A DNA stretch of 64,000 bases from an uncultured Bacteriovoracaceae bacterium (GTDB lineage: Bacteria > Bdellovibrionota > UBA2428): the NCBI GenBank assembly GCA_964609695.1, contig CAZSSP010000004.1, positions 47,090 to 111,089 of the forward strand. The letters run 5' to 3'. Below are positions 28,964-37,831 of this stretch, in pieces. The translations under genes were made by a program, and so were the position numbers. Position 1 is the first letter of the stretch; each line of letters begins with the position of its first letter. The notes under the pieces were generated by a model. That model did not search any database. It saw nothing but the letters and a program-made list of their open reading frames with translations, and was not told the origin of the DNA.

Positions 28964-30991
28964 TTAGAGTGGAGAGAGGTCGCCCGCGAGGCTGTCGCCG
29001 GGTTGAGCAAGAGATCGAATCCCATTGCTAGGAGTAATTGAAGGGGTCGTTGTTTGTGGTGTTGATTTTTTAGTTGAACCCGAATTGGCTAGGCCAGTGT
29101 CTAAGTTTTTCTTCCTTCGAGTTGTTCCATAAATACTTCCGTTGTATCCCGTGTTGCCTCTTCCTGTGCCCGCAATAGTGGTGGCGTCTCGAGTTTCATC
29201 ACGACCAAAAAGCTGGGCGTTTGTCATGGTCCCAGGGTTAAAAGTTTTTCTGTTGAAATTGTTTTGGTAATTAATTTTTTTTACGCCACCAACTCCATAA
29301 CCGGCGGCTGTTTGTTTGTATCTCCTGTTGACGTCAATAGTGGTTTTGGCGGCATCCATGGCCTTTTTCCATTGCTGCATGTAATCCTGGTAGCCGCGAC
29401 TTCCTGTGGCTCCATCGGTTTCTTTGCTGAAGTCTTGGAATGTCATAGCCTGTCCCATGTTGGCGAGTGGACCTTCAAGAGCTTGAGAATAGCGAGTATA
29501 CATAAATTCGCGAACGTCGTTAGAGAAGTCTGCCGACTGGTTTGGGGCGTCTTCAAATTTTTTTGCAATCACATTTCCTGTTTTGGGGTCTCTAACATCG
29601 TTTCCGCTACACCAAACATCACGCTGTAAGCATTTTTGAATTTTTCCAATGTCTTGCTCTATTTCCTTTTTCTTTTCAGGACTCAGATTTCCTCTGTTAT
29701 TTCGAGCCTCGGCATATAGCTGGCTGGCCCCGTTGGCATCGACAAAACGTTTTGCATTTGAAAGGCTCATGGTGCCGCTGGAAGCTGTTGCTCTAGCAAT
29801 TTCTTTTAATTCCGAATCGGAAATAATTCTTTGATTGTTTTTAGCTTTAGTTTGAAGTTGTGTGAAAAGGGCTTGTTCTTGAGCATTCAATGGCTCATCG
29901 TTTTTACTTGGAGTTAGCGCAGTTGTTGTTGAGGGCTGAACACAACTAGAAGTACCGTTTGTAAATTTTTCAATTGAAAAATTACCATTAGCATCTAAGC
30001 AAAAACTGTTTAATTTGGCTTCTTGGAACTCTTGAATTCTTTGAGCGATAGCTTGATCGTTTCCAGGGTCGTTAGAAACTAAGCTGATAAATTCTGTCAT
30101 GTCGCTTTTGGTTGTGGGGTCAATTCCTTGATCTTTTGTTTCAATTCCAGCAAGGCGGGCGGCACGAATAGTTTTCCAAGCACGCTCGGTATAATCTTTT
30201 TTCTGTTGTTCGAGCCAACCATATTCCGATCTTAGAAGGTCAATTTCTGCACCCATCACGGCTGTTGAAGATTTTCCATCTTTAGTGCGTACGGTTCTAG
30301 TGACTTGGCCTTTAGAGTTTTCTGAGAAAGTGCTCGAAGCACCAATTTCAGCGAGTGCTTGTTCTGTTTCTGTTCCGTTTTCTTTAGAGGTGGCATCATA
30401 AATAACTTGTTGCCCGTAATCTTTACCAGCTTTAGTGGAGGCATCTTTAGCTTCAGCCGTCATGTCATATATACGGTGTTTTTCTAGTTCGGGGTTTTGG
30501 TCTGCGCCAGGGTGCGCGGGGCCCATGTCTACTAAAACAGGAGAGAGATTTTGGCAGGCTACTCCTTTGCTACCTTGAATGATTCCGTCTTTACAGCGAC
30601 CAGCATTTTCTGTGTTTTTCTTAATGGCCTCTTGTCTTTGTTGTTCACTAGAATTTTGTCCTTTAGTGGCAACGTCATCCATGGGTTTTTCAAGTCCGCT
30701 AGTGGCGTCGGGGTGGTAGGTTAGGCCCGTATAGTCGTCGTGCATTTCAATGTTGCCGCTATATCGACCGCGACCACCAACACCCGAAGACTCTCGACCT
30801 TGTTTGAATTGCTGAATTTGTTTTTGAACGTCTTTGTTCAGTTTCGCTTCTTCATCTTTAGCGATACCACCAACATCTGAAATGTTTTCTTGTGTGCCTG
30901 TAGAAGTTTTATCGAATTTTGCAAAAGCTGAAATAGCTCCAAAGAGAAGTGCAAAACTTAGGAATAAATTGAGTTTCTTAAGACTATTCAC
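28964..30991 (-). CDS. Large secreted hypothetical protein (about 675 aa), polar and low in hydrophobics
   Basis: ORF open to 31039. GTG at 30991 has an AGAGGG SD 4 nt upstream and yields the signal peptide VNSLKKLNLFLSFALLFGAISAFA. No family recognised. Confidence 0.65.
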   Translation of the reverse strand: MNSLKKLNLFLSFALLFGAISAFAKFDKTSTGTQENISDVGGIAKDEEAKLNKDVQKQIQQFKQGRESSGVGGRGRYSGNIEMHDDYTGLTYHPDATSGLEKPMDDVATKGQNSSEQQRQEAIKKNTENAGRCKDGIIQGSKGVACQNLSPVLVDMGPAHPGADQNPELEKHRIYDMTAEAKDASTKAGKDYGQQVIYDATSKENGTETEQALAEIGASSTFSENSKGQVTRTVRTKDGKSSTAVMGAEIDLLRSEYGWLEQQKKDYTERAWKTIRAARLAGIETKDQGIDPTTKSDMTEFISLVSNDPGNDQAIAQRIQEFQEAKLNSFCLDANGNFSIEKFTNGTSSCVQPSTTTALTPSKNDEPLNAQEQALFTQLQTKAKNNQRIISDSELKEIARATASSGTMSLSNAKRFVDANGASQLYAEARNNRGNLSPEKKKEIEQDIGKIQKCLQRDVWCSGNDVRDPKTGNVIAKKFEDAPNQSADFSNDVREFMYTRYSQALEGPLANMGQAMTFQDFSKETDGATGSRGYQDYMQQWKKAMDAAKTTIDVNRRYKQTAAGYGVGGVKKINYQNNFNRKTFNPGTMTNAQLFGRDETRDATTIAGTGRGNTGYNGSIYGTTRRKKNLDTGLANSGSTKKSTPQTTTPSITPSNGIRSLAQPGDSLAGDLSPL

Positions 30992-31092
30992 TACACCCTC
31001 TTTATTCTTATTATAACCCGAAACAACGCCCCGCAGCATTAAGTTATTGTTAAAATTTCGTCAAAGTACTTGAATCTGTTATTCTTTTCTTA

Positions 31093-32013
31093 ATGCAGGA
31101 GCTTGTTGCAAGTGTAGATCTTGGGGGCACAAATCTTCGCTTAGCTCTAGTGAATAAGTCAGGACAAGTAATTGAAAAAATTGATAAATTAACTGAATCC
31201 AAGCTTGGTCCAGAGTCTTTGTGCTCAAGAATAAGCCTCATGCTCGAACAGGCCCTAGTCCGCCGTTCAATTAAGGCCAAAGACCTGCTTTGCTTGGGCA
31301 TTGGGAGCCCAGGGCCTTTAAATAGAAAAGAGAGAAAAATACTCCAAACCCCCCACTTTCCAGGTTTTGAAAACTTTCCTTTAGGCGAAAGGGTAGAGGA
31401 GCTTTGTGGTTTAAAAGTGTTTCTTGATAACGACGCTAACTGCGCAGCTCTTGGTGAAAAAATGTTTGGCGCAGCCAAGGGAAAAGAAAACTTTGTTTTG
31501 TTGACCTTTGGAACAGGCATCGGTGGTGGAGTTTTTATCAACGGAAAATTAATTTATGGAAAATCAGACGGTGCCGGTGAACTGGGACATATTCAGTTGT
31601 ATCCCGAAGGTGATAAATGTCCTTGCGGTAGATATGGGTGCTTTGAGCAATATTGTTCTGCACAATCTATGACAAGACGAGGTTCGAAGGCTCTTGGTAG
31701 AGAATTAAAATTGCCTGAACTTTTTGTAGAATGTGAATCCGGAAATCAAAAAGCTGTTCAATGTTTAGAAGAAGTCTCTAAAGACATAGCAAGAGTATTA
31801 GGCGATCTAGTTAATATTTTTGAACCCGAAATGATTGTTCTTGGTGGAGGGGCTTTTTCTACAGGCGGAGGACCACTTCTTCCATTAATTGAAAAGCATC
31901 TTAAAGACGAAGCATTTAAAAGCTCATTAGAAAATTTAAAAGTTTGTTCCTCGGAATTAAAGGGTAACGCTGGAATCCTTGGCGCCGCCGCTATGGCTTT
32001 CGGACAAATTTAA
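31093..32013 (+). CDS. glk: ROK family glucokinase
   Basis: DLGGTNLRLALV, DNDANCAALGE, Zn motif CPCGRYGCFEQY. Confidence 0.88.
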   Translation: MQELVASVDLGGTNLRLALVNKSGQVIEKIDKLTESKLGPESLCSRISLMLEQALVRRSIKAKDLLCLGIGSPGPLNRKERKILQTPHFPGFENFPLGERVEELCGLKVFLDNDANCAALGEKMFGAAKGKENFVLLTFGTGIGGGVFINGKLIYGKSDGAGELGHIQLYPEGDKCPCGRYGCFEQYCSAQSMTRRGSKALGRELKLPELFVECESGNQKAVQCLEEVSKDIARVLGDLVNIFEPEMIVLGGGAFSTGGGPLLPLIEKHLKDEAFKSSLENLKVCSSELKGNAGILGAAAMAFGQI

Positions 32014-32038
32014 AAATCTTTTTATATTCAAAATATTT

Positions 32039-34123
32039 TTACATCATTTGTTGAGGGTCGACGTCTAAGTGAAGGCGGGTTTCGTAAAGCTTCTCAAGTT
32101 TTTTTTCTGACCACATGGAGAGTATCCAGTCTAAACTTTTTCTTATGGGCAAAAGATCTGGACCCTTTAATAAGATATGCGATCTAAATCTGTTTCTAAC
32201 TTTATAAATAGGAGCGGGTGTTGGTCCTAAAATTTGAAAACTGCCTTTAGCGGCTCGTGATAAGGCCGTGCAAATGGAACTAGAGGCTTGATTGAGTTTC
32301 GTTTCTTTTAAGCTATCAAGTCGCAAAAGAAACATTGGAGCCATAGGAGAATAATTAAAAGCTTTTCGAGTGAGAAGTTCTTGTTTTAAAAAATCTTCAT
32401 AATCGTCCATCGATGTTGAGTGACTCATTCGTTGAAGGATGGGGTGTTTTTTATCAAAGCATTGAATGACGACTTTACCCTTTTCGTTGGCCCTTCCTGC
32501 GCGTCCAGACACTTGTAGAAGTAGTTGAAAGGCTCTTTCGCTAGCTCGAAAATCTGGAATGTTTAATCCGAGATCCGCCAGGAGAACTCCGACTAAGGTT
32601 ACGTTTGGAAAATCATGACCCTTGGCTACCATTTGAGTTCCAATTAAAATGTCGGCTTCTCCGTTACCAAATTTTGAAATCACCGACTCGAGTTCGCCAG
32701 CTTTGGCGGTGATATCTCTGTCTAACCTTAAAACTTTTGCGGCTGGAAAATGAAGTTCGATGAGTTTTTCTAAGGCCTGTGTGCCGACACCCACTTTTAA
32801 AAAACCAGACTTTCCCGAACAAGAGGGACAAGGGTTTGGAATAGGAGTGGAGTAATTACAATAATGACACCTTAAGGAATCAAAGTGAGGAGTCAGTTTA
32901 ACATCGCATGATGGACAGGAAACACTTTCGCCGCAATCGCGACAGAAAACCTGTGAGCCGAGGCCACGCTTGTTTAAAAAAAGAATAGCCTGTTTTTTTG
33001 AGTTTAAGGTTTCTTGAATGGCAGTGTCGAGCTCTGGACTTAAAAATAAATTTTCACGTGCCTCAGGAATTGAAAAAACAGACTCACTCTCGTGAGGTTG
33101 GGTTTCAAAAGATTTTTCAGCAATGCCCTTTTTAAGATCGACAATTTGTATTTCAGGTAGCTCGGCGTTTTCTATGGCTCTTTTTTTTAACTTATGAACT
33201 TTCGCTTTAGAGCTTTGGATTAAATTAAAAGTTTCAGCAGATGGAGTGGCCGAACCTAGGACCAGTTTGGCTTTGTAAATTTCGGCGAGTTTTAAGGCCG
33301 CATCACGAGCATGATAGCGAAGACGTTCTTCTTGTTTGTAGGAGGAGTCGTGTTCTTCATCAATAATAATAAAACCAATATTTTCTAACGGGGCAAAAAG
33401 TGCGGATCTCGCGCCTAGAGCAATTTTTTTTCTCCCATGAAAAATATCGAGCCAATTTTTTCTTAAATCAGACTCCTTTTGTGCGCTATGAAAAGTGGCT
33501 ATTTGACCAGGAAAGCGCTTTTCAAATCTATTTCTCAAAAGAGGAGTCAACGAAATTTCAGGAACTAAAATTAAAGCGCTTTGATTGTTTTTTAAACAAG
33601 AATCTATGAGTCTTAAATAAATTTCAGTTTTACCAGAACCAGTGATTCCCCATAAAACATGGAGCAAGTCGCCGGACTCTAAAATATTTTTATAAGCCAA
33701 TTCTTGTTCCTGAGTTAAGGTTTTCTCTTTCTCAGGATGAAGCTCTTTTTCTATTTTAATTTTTTCTTTGTTAAGTAATTTCGAACTTGCGTTACGAATG
33801 GCAGAAGGAAGGGCTGATTCAAAAACTCCACCAAGGGGATAATAGTAATATTCAGAAAGCCACTTTAAAAAACACATTCGCTTTTCGGAAAATACAGGGA
33901 GCGGAAATTTCAAGGATTTAATGGGCTTAATTTTTTCAGAATCCTTGAATTCAGTTTTTTCGCTTATAGAACAAACAATTCCCCAACTTTTTCTTTTTCC
34001 AAAAGTTAAATCAACCAGACATCCCGCACGAATGCTCTCTTGTTGAGAATCTTCAATAGAATAATCAAAAGTTAAATCCAGCGGATAAAAAGGAACAGGA
34101 ATTGCGGTTTGGGCGTATAGCAC
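32039..34123 (-). CDS. priA: Primosomal protein N' (replication restart helicase PriA)
   Basis: Walker A GITGSGKTE, DEEHD box, Cys-rich Zn module CRDCGESVSCPSCDVKLT...CHYCNY...CPSCSG. Confidence 0.93.
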   Translation of the reverse strand: MLYAQTAIPVPFYPLDLTFDYSIEDSQQESIRAGCLVDLTFGKRKSWGIVCSISEKTEFKDSEKIKPIKSLKFPLPVFSEKRMCFLKWLSEYYYYPLGGVFESALPSAIRNASSKLLNKEKIKIEKELHPEKEKTLTQEQELAYKNILESGDLLHVLWGITGSGKTEIYLRLIDSCLKNNQSALILVPEISLTPLLRNRFEKRFPGQIATFHSAQKESDLRKNWLDIFHGRKKIALGARSALFAPLENIGFIIIDEEHDSSYKQEERLRYHARDAALKLAEIYKAKLVLGSATPSAETFNLIQSSKAKVHKLKKRAIENAELPEIQIVDLKKGIAEKSFETQPHESESVFSIPEARENLFLSPELDTAIQETLNSKKQAILFLNKRGLGSQVFCRDCGESVSCPSCDVKLTPHFDSLRCHYCNYSTPIPNPCPSCSGKSGFLKVGVGTQALEKLIELHFPAAKVLRLDRDITAKAGELESVISKFGNGEADILIGTQMVAKGHDFPNVTLVGVLLADLGLNIPDFRASERAFQLLLQVSGRAGRANEKGKVVIQCFDKKHPILQRMSHSTSMDDYEDFLKQELLTRKAFNYSPMAPMFLLRLDSLKETKLNQASSSICTALSRAAKGSFQILGPTPAPIYKVRNRFRSHILLKGPDLLPIRKSLDWILSMWSEKKLEKLYETRLHLDVDPQQMM

Positions 34124-34132
34124 TGAGTTCTT

Positions 34133-35020
34133 TTAATGAGAAAGTATTAAAAAGTCTAAGAGACGTTCGCCTGAAAGGCTTAATTCTCCCCGCAAAGAGT
34201 CAAGTGAAGCAAAACCATCTTTTAGTGATGTTTTATTGCTAGACGGTGTCGCTCCTTCGTTAAGGCGACGTTCGAGAATGCCAATGGGATCTTTCCCTTT
34301 AAAAACTTTTAGTCGTGTGCTCAAAATAGCTTTGAATCGAGAATTTTCTTTTTTTCCCCATTGTCCCAGTGAAGATTCATAGGAAAAGAGTGCGTCGTTG
34401 AATTTGAATTGAGCTTTAACCGGAAGCAAATGAGTTTGATCAAACTCAATGGCCTGCGCAGACTCTCCCTCAGAATATTTAAGATTTTTAATTTGTAATA
34501 CAGCTTTAGGTTGGTTTCCAAAATGAGTGACTATGAGCTCGGGTCTTTTGTTACTTTCAGAATTTTCTGTTTTGGGATCTTTAGAATTTGTTTCGCTGTA
34601 GAGAGCTTCAGCATCGCTAATAAAAGATTCTTTTTTTAAAGTTGAAACTACTTCAGTTGTTTGAGAGCTAAGCTCTAGAAGTGCCCATAGGCTAGGCGCT
34701 GGACAGGGTGCTACTTTTCTTCCAGCTTGAATCAGGCATTGATCGTTTTTTCTCTGTAACTTCCAGTTACCCGATGAAGTGCTATCGGAGTTTACAAAAG
34801 AATTTGGAACATTTTCTATGCTCACAGTGTAGTCTTTGCCAGAGCTCCATTCGAGAGAATAAGGAAGTCGCGTGCCCTGAATTTCCAATGTTCCAGTGGA
34901 CACAAAAGAGGGAGAGTTTCTTTTAAGCATGGGTTGGTATCTTACGATTTGTCCGATTTGAGGATAGTGAGCAAAAGATATAGTTGAAAAAAGTAGAGAA
35001 AGGATCCAGAGGGTTTTCAT
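34133..35020 (-). CDS. Hypothetical secreted protein
   Basis: Signal peptide MKTLWILSLLFSTISFA, 295 aa, no family recognised. Confidence 0.6.
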   Translation of the reverse strand: MKTLWILSLLFSTISFAHYPQIGQIVRYQPMLKRNSPSFVSTGTLEIQGTRLPYSLEWSSGKDYTVSIENVPNSFVNSDSTSSGNWKLQRKNDQCLIQAGRKVAPCPAPSLWALLELSSQTTEVVSTLKKESFISDAEALYSETNSKDPKTENSESNKRPELIVTHFGNQPKAVLQIKNLKYSEGESAQAIEFDQTHLLPVKAQFKFNDALFSYESSLGQWGKKENSRFKAILSTRLKVFKGKDPIGILERRLNEGATPSSNKTSLKDGFASLDSLRGELSLSGERLLDFLILSH

Positions 35021-35042
35021 TCTGCGATCTTATTAGATACGC

Positions 35043-35085
35043 AAAAAAAAAGCTACGCTTGCCTTATAAGGGCAAGCGTAGCTTT
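35043..35085 (-). terminator. Rho-independent terminator (14-bp stem, 7-nt loop, U9 tail on the minus strand)
   Basis: Minus-strand RNA reads AAGCUACGCUUGCC-CUUAUAA-GGCAAGCGUAGCUU followed by U-run. It sits 14 nt downstream of the stop at 35099. Confidence 0.85.
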
Positions 35086-35098
35086 GAAAGATGTCGAA

Positions 35099-35851
35099 TC
35101 AGTGCGTTGCTCTTGGTATTAAGCCAGGAGCTCTTGGTGAACCGTAAAGGACAGGTTGTTGTTGAACAATCTGGGTGCAGCAGCTTTGGCAACGAGGAGC
35201 AGCAATTGGCATTACGCTTGTTCCTTGAAGATACATTCCTAAAGAAGCAATTAAGTTACCGCTACCGTAAACTCCGCCGGCAGAGATTCCGCCGTTGAAA
35301 ATTCCGCCAGCATTGATGGCACCACCTCCGCAAGGAGACATTCCACAAGGACTCATAGCGCCACCAGTGTAGATTCCACCACCGCATGGTGACATTCCGC
35401 AGGGATTCATGATTGCGCCAGTGTAAACACCGCCACCACAAGGAGACATTCCGCATCCACCAGGGATACCGCCGTTGATTGGATAAGGCATGGGCATTTG
35501 AACGGGTCTATAGAGTTGAGAAAGCAAGGGTTGTTGGATGGGATATCTTCCGAAGTTGCTCGGATATTGTCCTATTCCGAAATTAGGCAGTTGTGTGCAA
35601 AGATTTCCGTAACCAAGCATGCTTTGATAAGCTTGGCCGTATGGCAAAATAGGCGCTCCCATATAGCCGCCACCCCAGCCACCGTAAGCTGGACCATTCC
35701 CGGTGGAGTAACCTAGTCCAATATTTCCACCTACGGCTGAGTTGCCGTTAAAGGAACCAAAACCGAGACTTCCACCTATAGTGAAGTTCTCCCAAGCTGA
35801 AGCCATAAAAGATCCAGTTGTTAGAATGAGCGCTAATAGAATTCTTTTCAT
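35099..35851 (-). CDS. Secreted Gly/Cys/Pro-rich low-complexity protein with tandem CGMSPCGGG modules
   Basis: ATG at 35851 has an AAGGGG SD and gives the signal peptide MKRILLALILTTGSFMASA (the tracked ORF extends to 35944). Three 18-aa modules are present, plus a C-terminal CQSCC. Confidence 0.7.
   Translation of the reverse strand: MKRILLALILTTGSFMASAWENFTIGGSLGFGSFNGNSAVGGNIGLGYSTGNGPAYGGWGGGYMGAPILPYGQAYQSMLGYGNLCTQLPNFGIGQYPSNFGRYPIQQPLLSQLYRPVQMPMPYPINGGIPGGCGMSPCGGGVYTGAIMNPCGMSPCGGGIYTGGAMSPCGMSPCGGGAINAGGIFNGGISAGGVYGSGNLIASLGMYLQGTSVMPIAAPRCQSCCTQIVQQQPVLYGSPRAPGLIPRATH
35303..35455 (-). repeat. Three tandem 54-nt (18-codon) coding repeats: CGMSPCGGGVYTGAIMNP / CGMSPCGGGIYTGGAMSP / CGMSPCGGGAINAGG
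   Basis: Read directly. Copies differ at synonymous positions (tgtctccttgtggtggcggt / tgtcaccatgcggtggtgga / tgtctccttgcggaggtggt). Confidence 0.85.
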
Positions 35852-36045
35852 ATACAAACCCCTTGTTTCAAATGAATGGTTGCAAGGAGTGGGCCAGCTA
35901 AAAAAGCCTGAAATATTCAGAACTTTGTGAAGTGATGCCTTCAATTGTTAATGTGTTATTTTTATATAACTGTAAAAACTTTGGTCACTTTTGTTTTAAA
36001 GTCATCAAATGACAAAGGCATAGGCCAAGACTATAACTTAGTTCT

Positions 36046-36960
36046 ATGATTCAACATCTAAGCTTAAAACGTAAAATATATTTATCATTATTCAGTCTTT
36101 TTTGTATTCAGTCATTTGCTACAAAGCCCACGCAGTCTGATACTTTAACTTTAATTGGACCTAAATCTTCGGCTAAGGGTTCGGCTTCAGTGGCCACCCC
36201 TTCTTCTTATGATAATTTAATTCTTAATCCAGCGGCTGCGGCAATTCCTAAGCAATATAATGTTGGGGTTGGATATTTAAGCACCGGTAAAACAATGTTG
36301 GCCTCTATAGTTGATACTAAGTCTAGTCAGCTTGGTGGCGGGATTTATTATTTAAGACGAGATTCTAAGAAAAGTGCAATTCAAGATGAAGCCGCTGGTG
36401 ATTTTCAAAGAGTAGAAAGTCGAGTGGGGCTTTCTTTGTTTGCTAAAGTGTCAGATGAGGTTTCATTTGGCGGAGGTGCTAAATACGTAAACATAAACAC
36501 CTATCAAAATCCAAGTCTTAAAAATGCAACTGTTTGGAATGGGGATTTAGGCTTTTATTATCAGGCTGCACCTAGCACTCGTTTAGGTGTAGGAGTTACT
36601 AATTTTCTCGACGATGAAAATGATTATCTTCCAACCTCAGTGCAATTGGGAGCGGATTATTTATTAAATGAAAGCATCATTTTTTCAGCTCTTCTAATGC
36701 GATATGAAAAGCTAGATTCGGCGTCTAAATTCAGACGCCCATCTGACAGTTTATTTGTTTACTCTATAGGTGCTGAATATTTATATAAGTCATTTTCATT
36801 AAAGGCTGGATATAGAGAGAATTCTCCGTGGTCTCAAAAACTCTTAAGCACAGGTTTAGGATATTCTGCTGATAAGTTTAGTGCAGACTATGCGGCTACT
36901 TTTGTAACTCATGGGAGCGGGGAGACGAAACACGACTTTTCTTTGGGGCTACTTTTTTAG
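36046..36960 (+). CDS. Outer-membrane beta-barrel protein (unassigned family)
   Basis: Signal peptide, alternating amphipathic strands with Gly/aromatic ends, C-terminal ...HDFSLGLLF with terminal Phe. Confidence 0.65.
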   Translation: MIQHLSLKRKIYLSLFSLFCIQSFATKPTQSDTLTLIGPKSSAKGSASVATPSSYDNLILNPAAAAIPKQYNVGVGYLSTGKTMLASIVDTKSSQLGGGIYYLRRDSKKSAIQDEAAGDFQRVESRVGLSLFAKVSDEVSFGGGAKYVNINTYQNPSLKNATVWNGDLGFYYQAAPSTRLGVGVTNFLDDENDYLPTSVQLGADYLLNESIIFSALLMRYEKLDSASKFRRPSDSLFVYSIGAEYLYKSFSLKAGYRENSPWSQKLLSTGLGYSADKFSADYAATFVTHGSGETKHDFSLGLLF

Positions 36961-37819
36961 AAATCTTAATAGAGTCTCTAAAATTTAATTTACCCTCTGT
37001 GCAAAGCGAGAAATCATATTTTACTGGATCTTCAGGGGACAGCTTTTTAAAAACTTCTGTAATTTCTCTGACACTTTTCCAGTTCATTGAATTAGATTTT
37101 ATAACGTTATTGTTTTTTCCCCATCTAAAAATATGGGTATCAACAGGGTAAAAAAGTCTCTTGGGTGAAGGGTGAGGTAGTTTTGTATTTATGAGTGGTG
37201 ACTTTTGCCATAATCCAAGATCTATCTCGTCGTCGCGAATCATCCAACGATACCACATCATGAGTCGCTTACAGGTGCTTCCATCCTTTGGATCAGGAGC
37301 AAACCAGGAGGCCCCTGTTCCCTTCCACTTTTTATTAAGACTTTGTTTTGCAGTTGAGTTTCTAAAAATTTGGCCAAATTTCGAAATATGGTTTTCAGGA
37401 TTTTCTAAATAGGATTCTTGAAAGTGAGCGCATAAAGAGCCTTTTTCAATTAAAATTTTGTTGAGTACAGAAAACAGATCAAGAATGTCGTGTTCAGTGT
37501 TAAGTCGATGAACCCATCCCTTTAAGGCTTGCGATGCTTCTTGTTTATTAAAGTTATTTAAGAGATACCATGAAAGCCCTTCGCCGCTTTTTTTGCAGCC
37601 CAATCTTTCTAAGCCAATAAGAAGATTTTTAAAGGATTTAACAATTTGCTCAACTCTACCATAAGAAAGTCCTGCCATTATAAAAGATAGAACTTCAGTA
37701 TCGTTAGGATTCAATCCTTCTATGAGCACGTGAAGTGGGTCGAGCTCTAAATAAGATTTTTTATGATACCGCTCATAGATGGCATCAACTTGATTTTTAA
37801 TTTTTAAAGGCGATTTCAT
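36896..37819 (-). CDS. TIGR02757/DUF2400-like conserved hypothetical protein
   Basis: N-terminal YLELDPLHVL...LSFIMAGLSYGRVEQI resembles that family as I recall it. 307 aa. The 3' end overlaps the convergent OMP gene by 65 nt. Confidence 0.55.
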   Translation of the reverse strand: MKSPLKIKNQVDAIYERYHKKSYLELDPLHVLIEGLNPNDTEVLSFIMAGLSYGRVEQIVKSFKNLLIGLERLGCKKSGEGLSWYLLNNFNKQEASQALKGWVHRLNTEHDILDLFSVLNKILIEKGSLCAHFQESYLENPENHISKFGQIFRNSTAKQSLNKKWKGTGASWFAPDPKDGSTCKRLMMWYRWMIRDDEIDLGLWQKSPLINTKLPHPSPKRLFYPVDTHIFRWGKNNNVIKSNSMNWKSVREITEVFKKLSPEDPVKYDFSLCTEGKLNFRDSIKISKKVAPKKSRVSSPRSHELQK

Positions 37820-37831
37820 TATAATAAATCT

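Noticed and set aside
31050-31541. 163-aa minus-strand ORF fully inside glk
   Set aside because: The plus-strand frame carries clear ROK glucokinase motifs. The antisense product is Ser/Pro/Lys-rich with no motifs or start context. It is a long antisense ORF, but most likely a codon-composition artefact.
35262-35930. Several ORFs (35262-35456 minus strand in another frame; 35498-35716 and 35742-35930 plus strand) overlapping the Gly/Cys-rich gene
   Set aside because: All fall inside the GC-rich, stop-poor low-complexity region. Only the 35099-35851 frame has SD, signal peptide and terminator.
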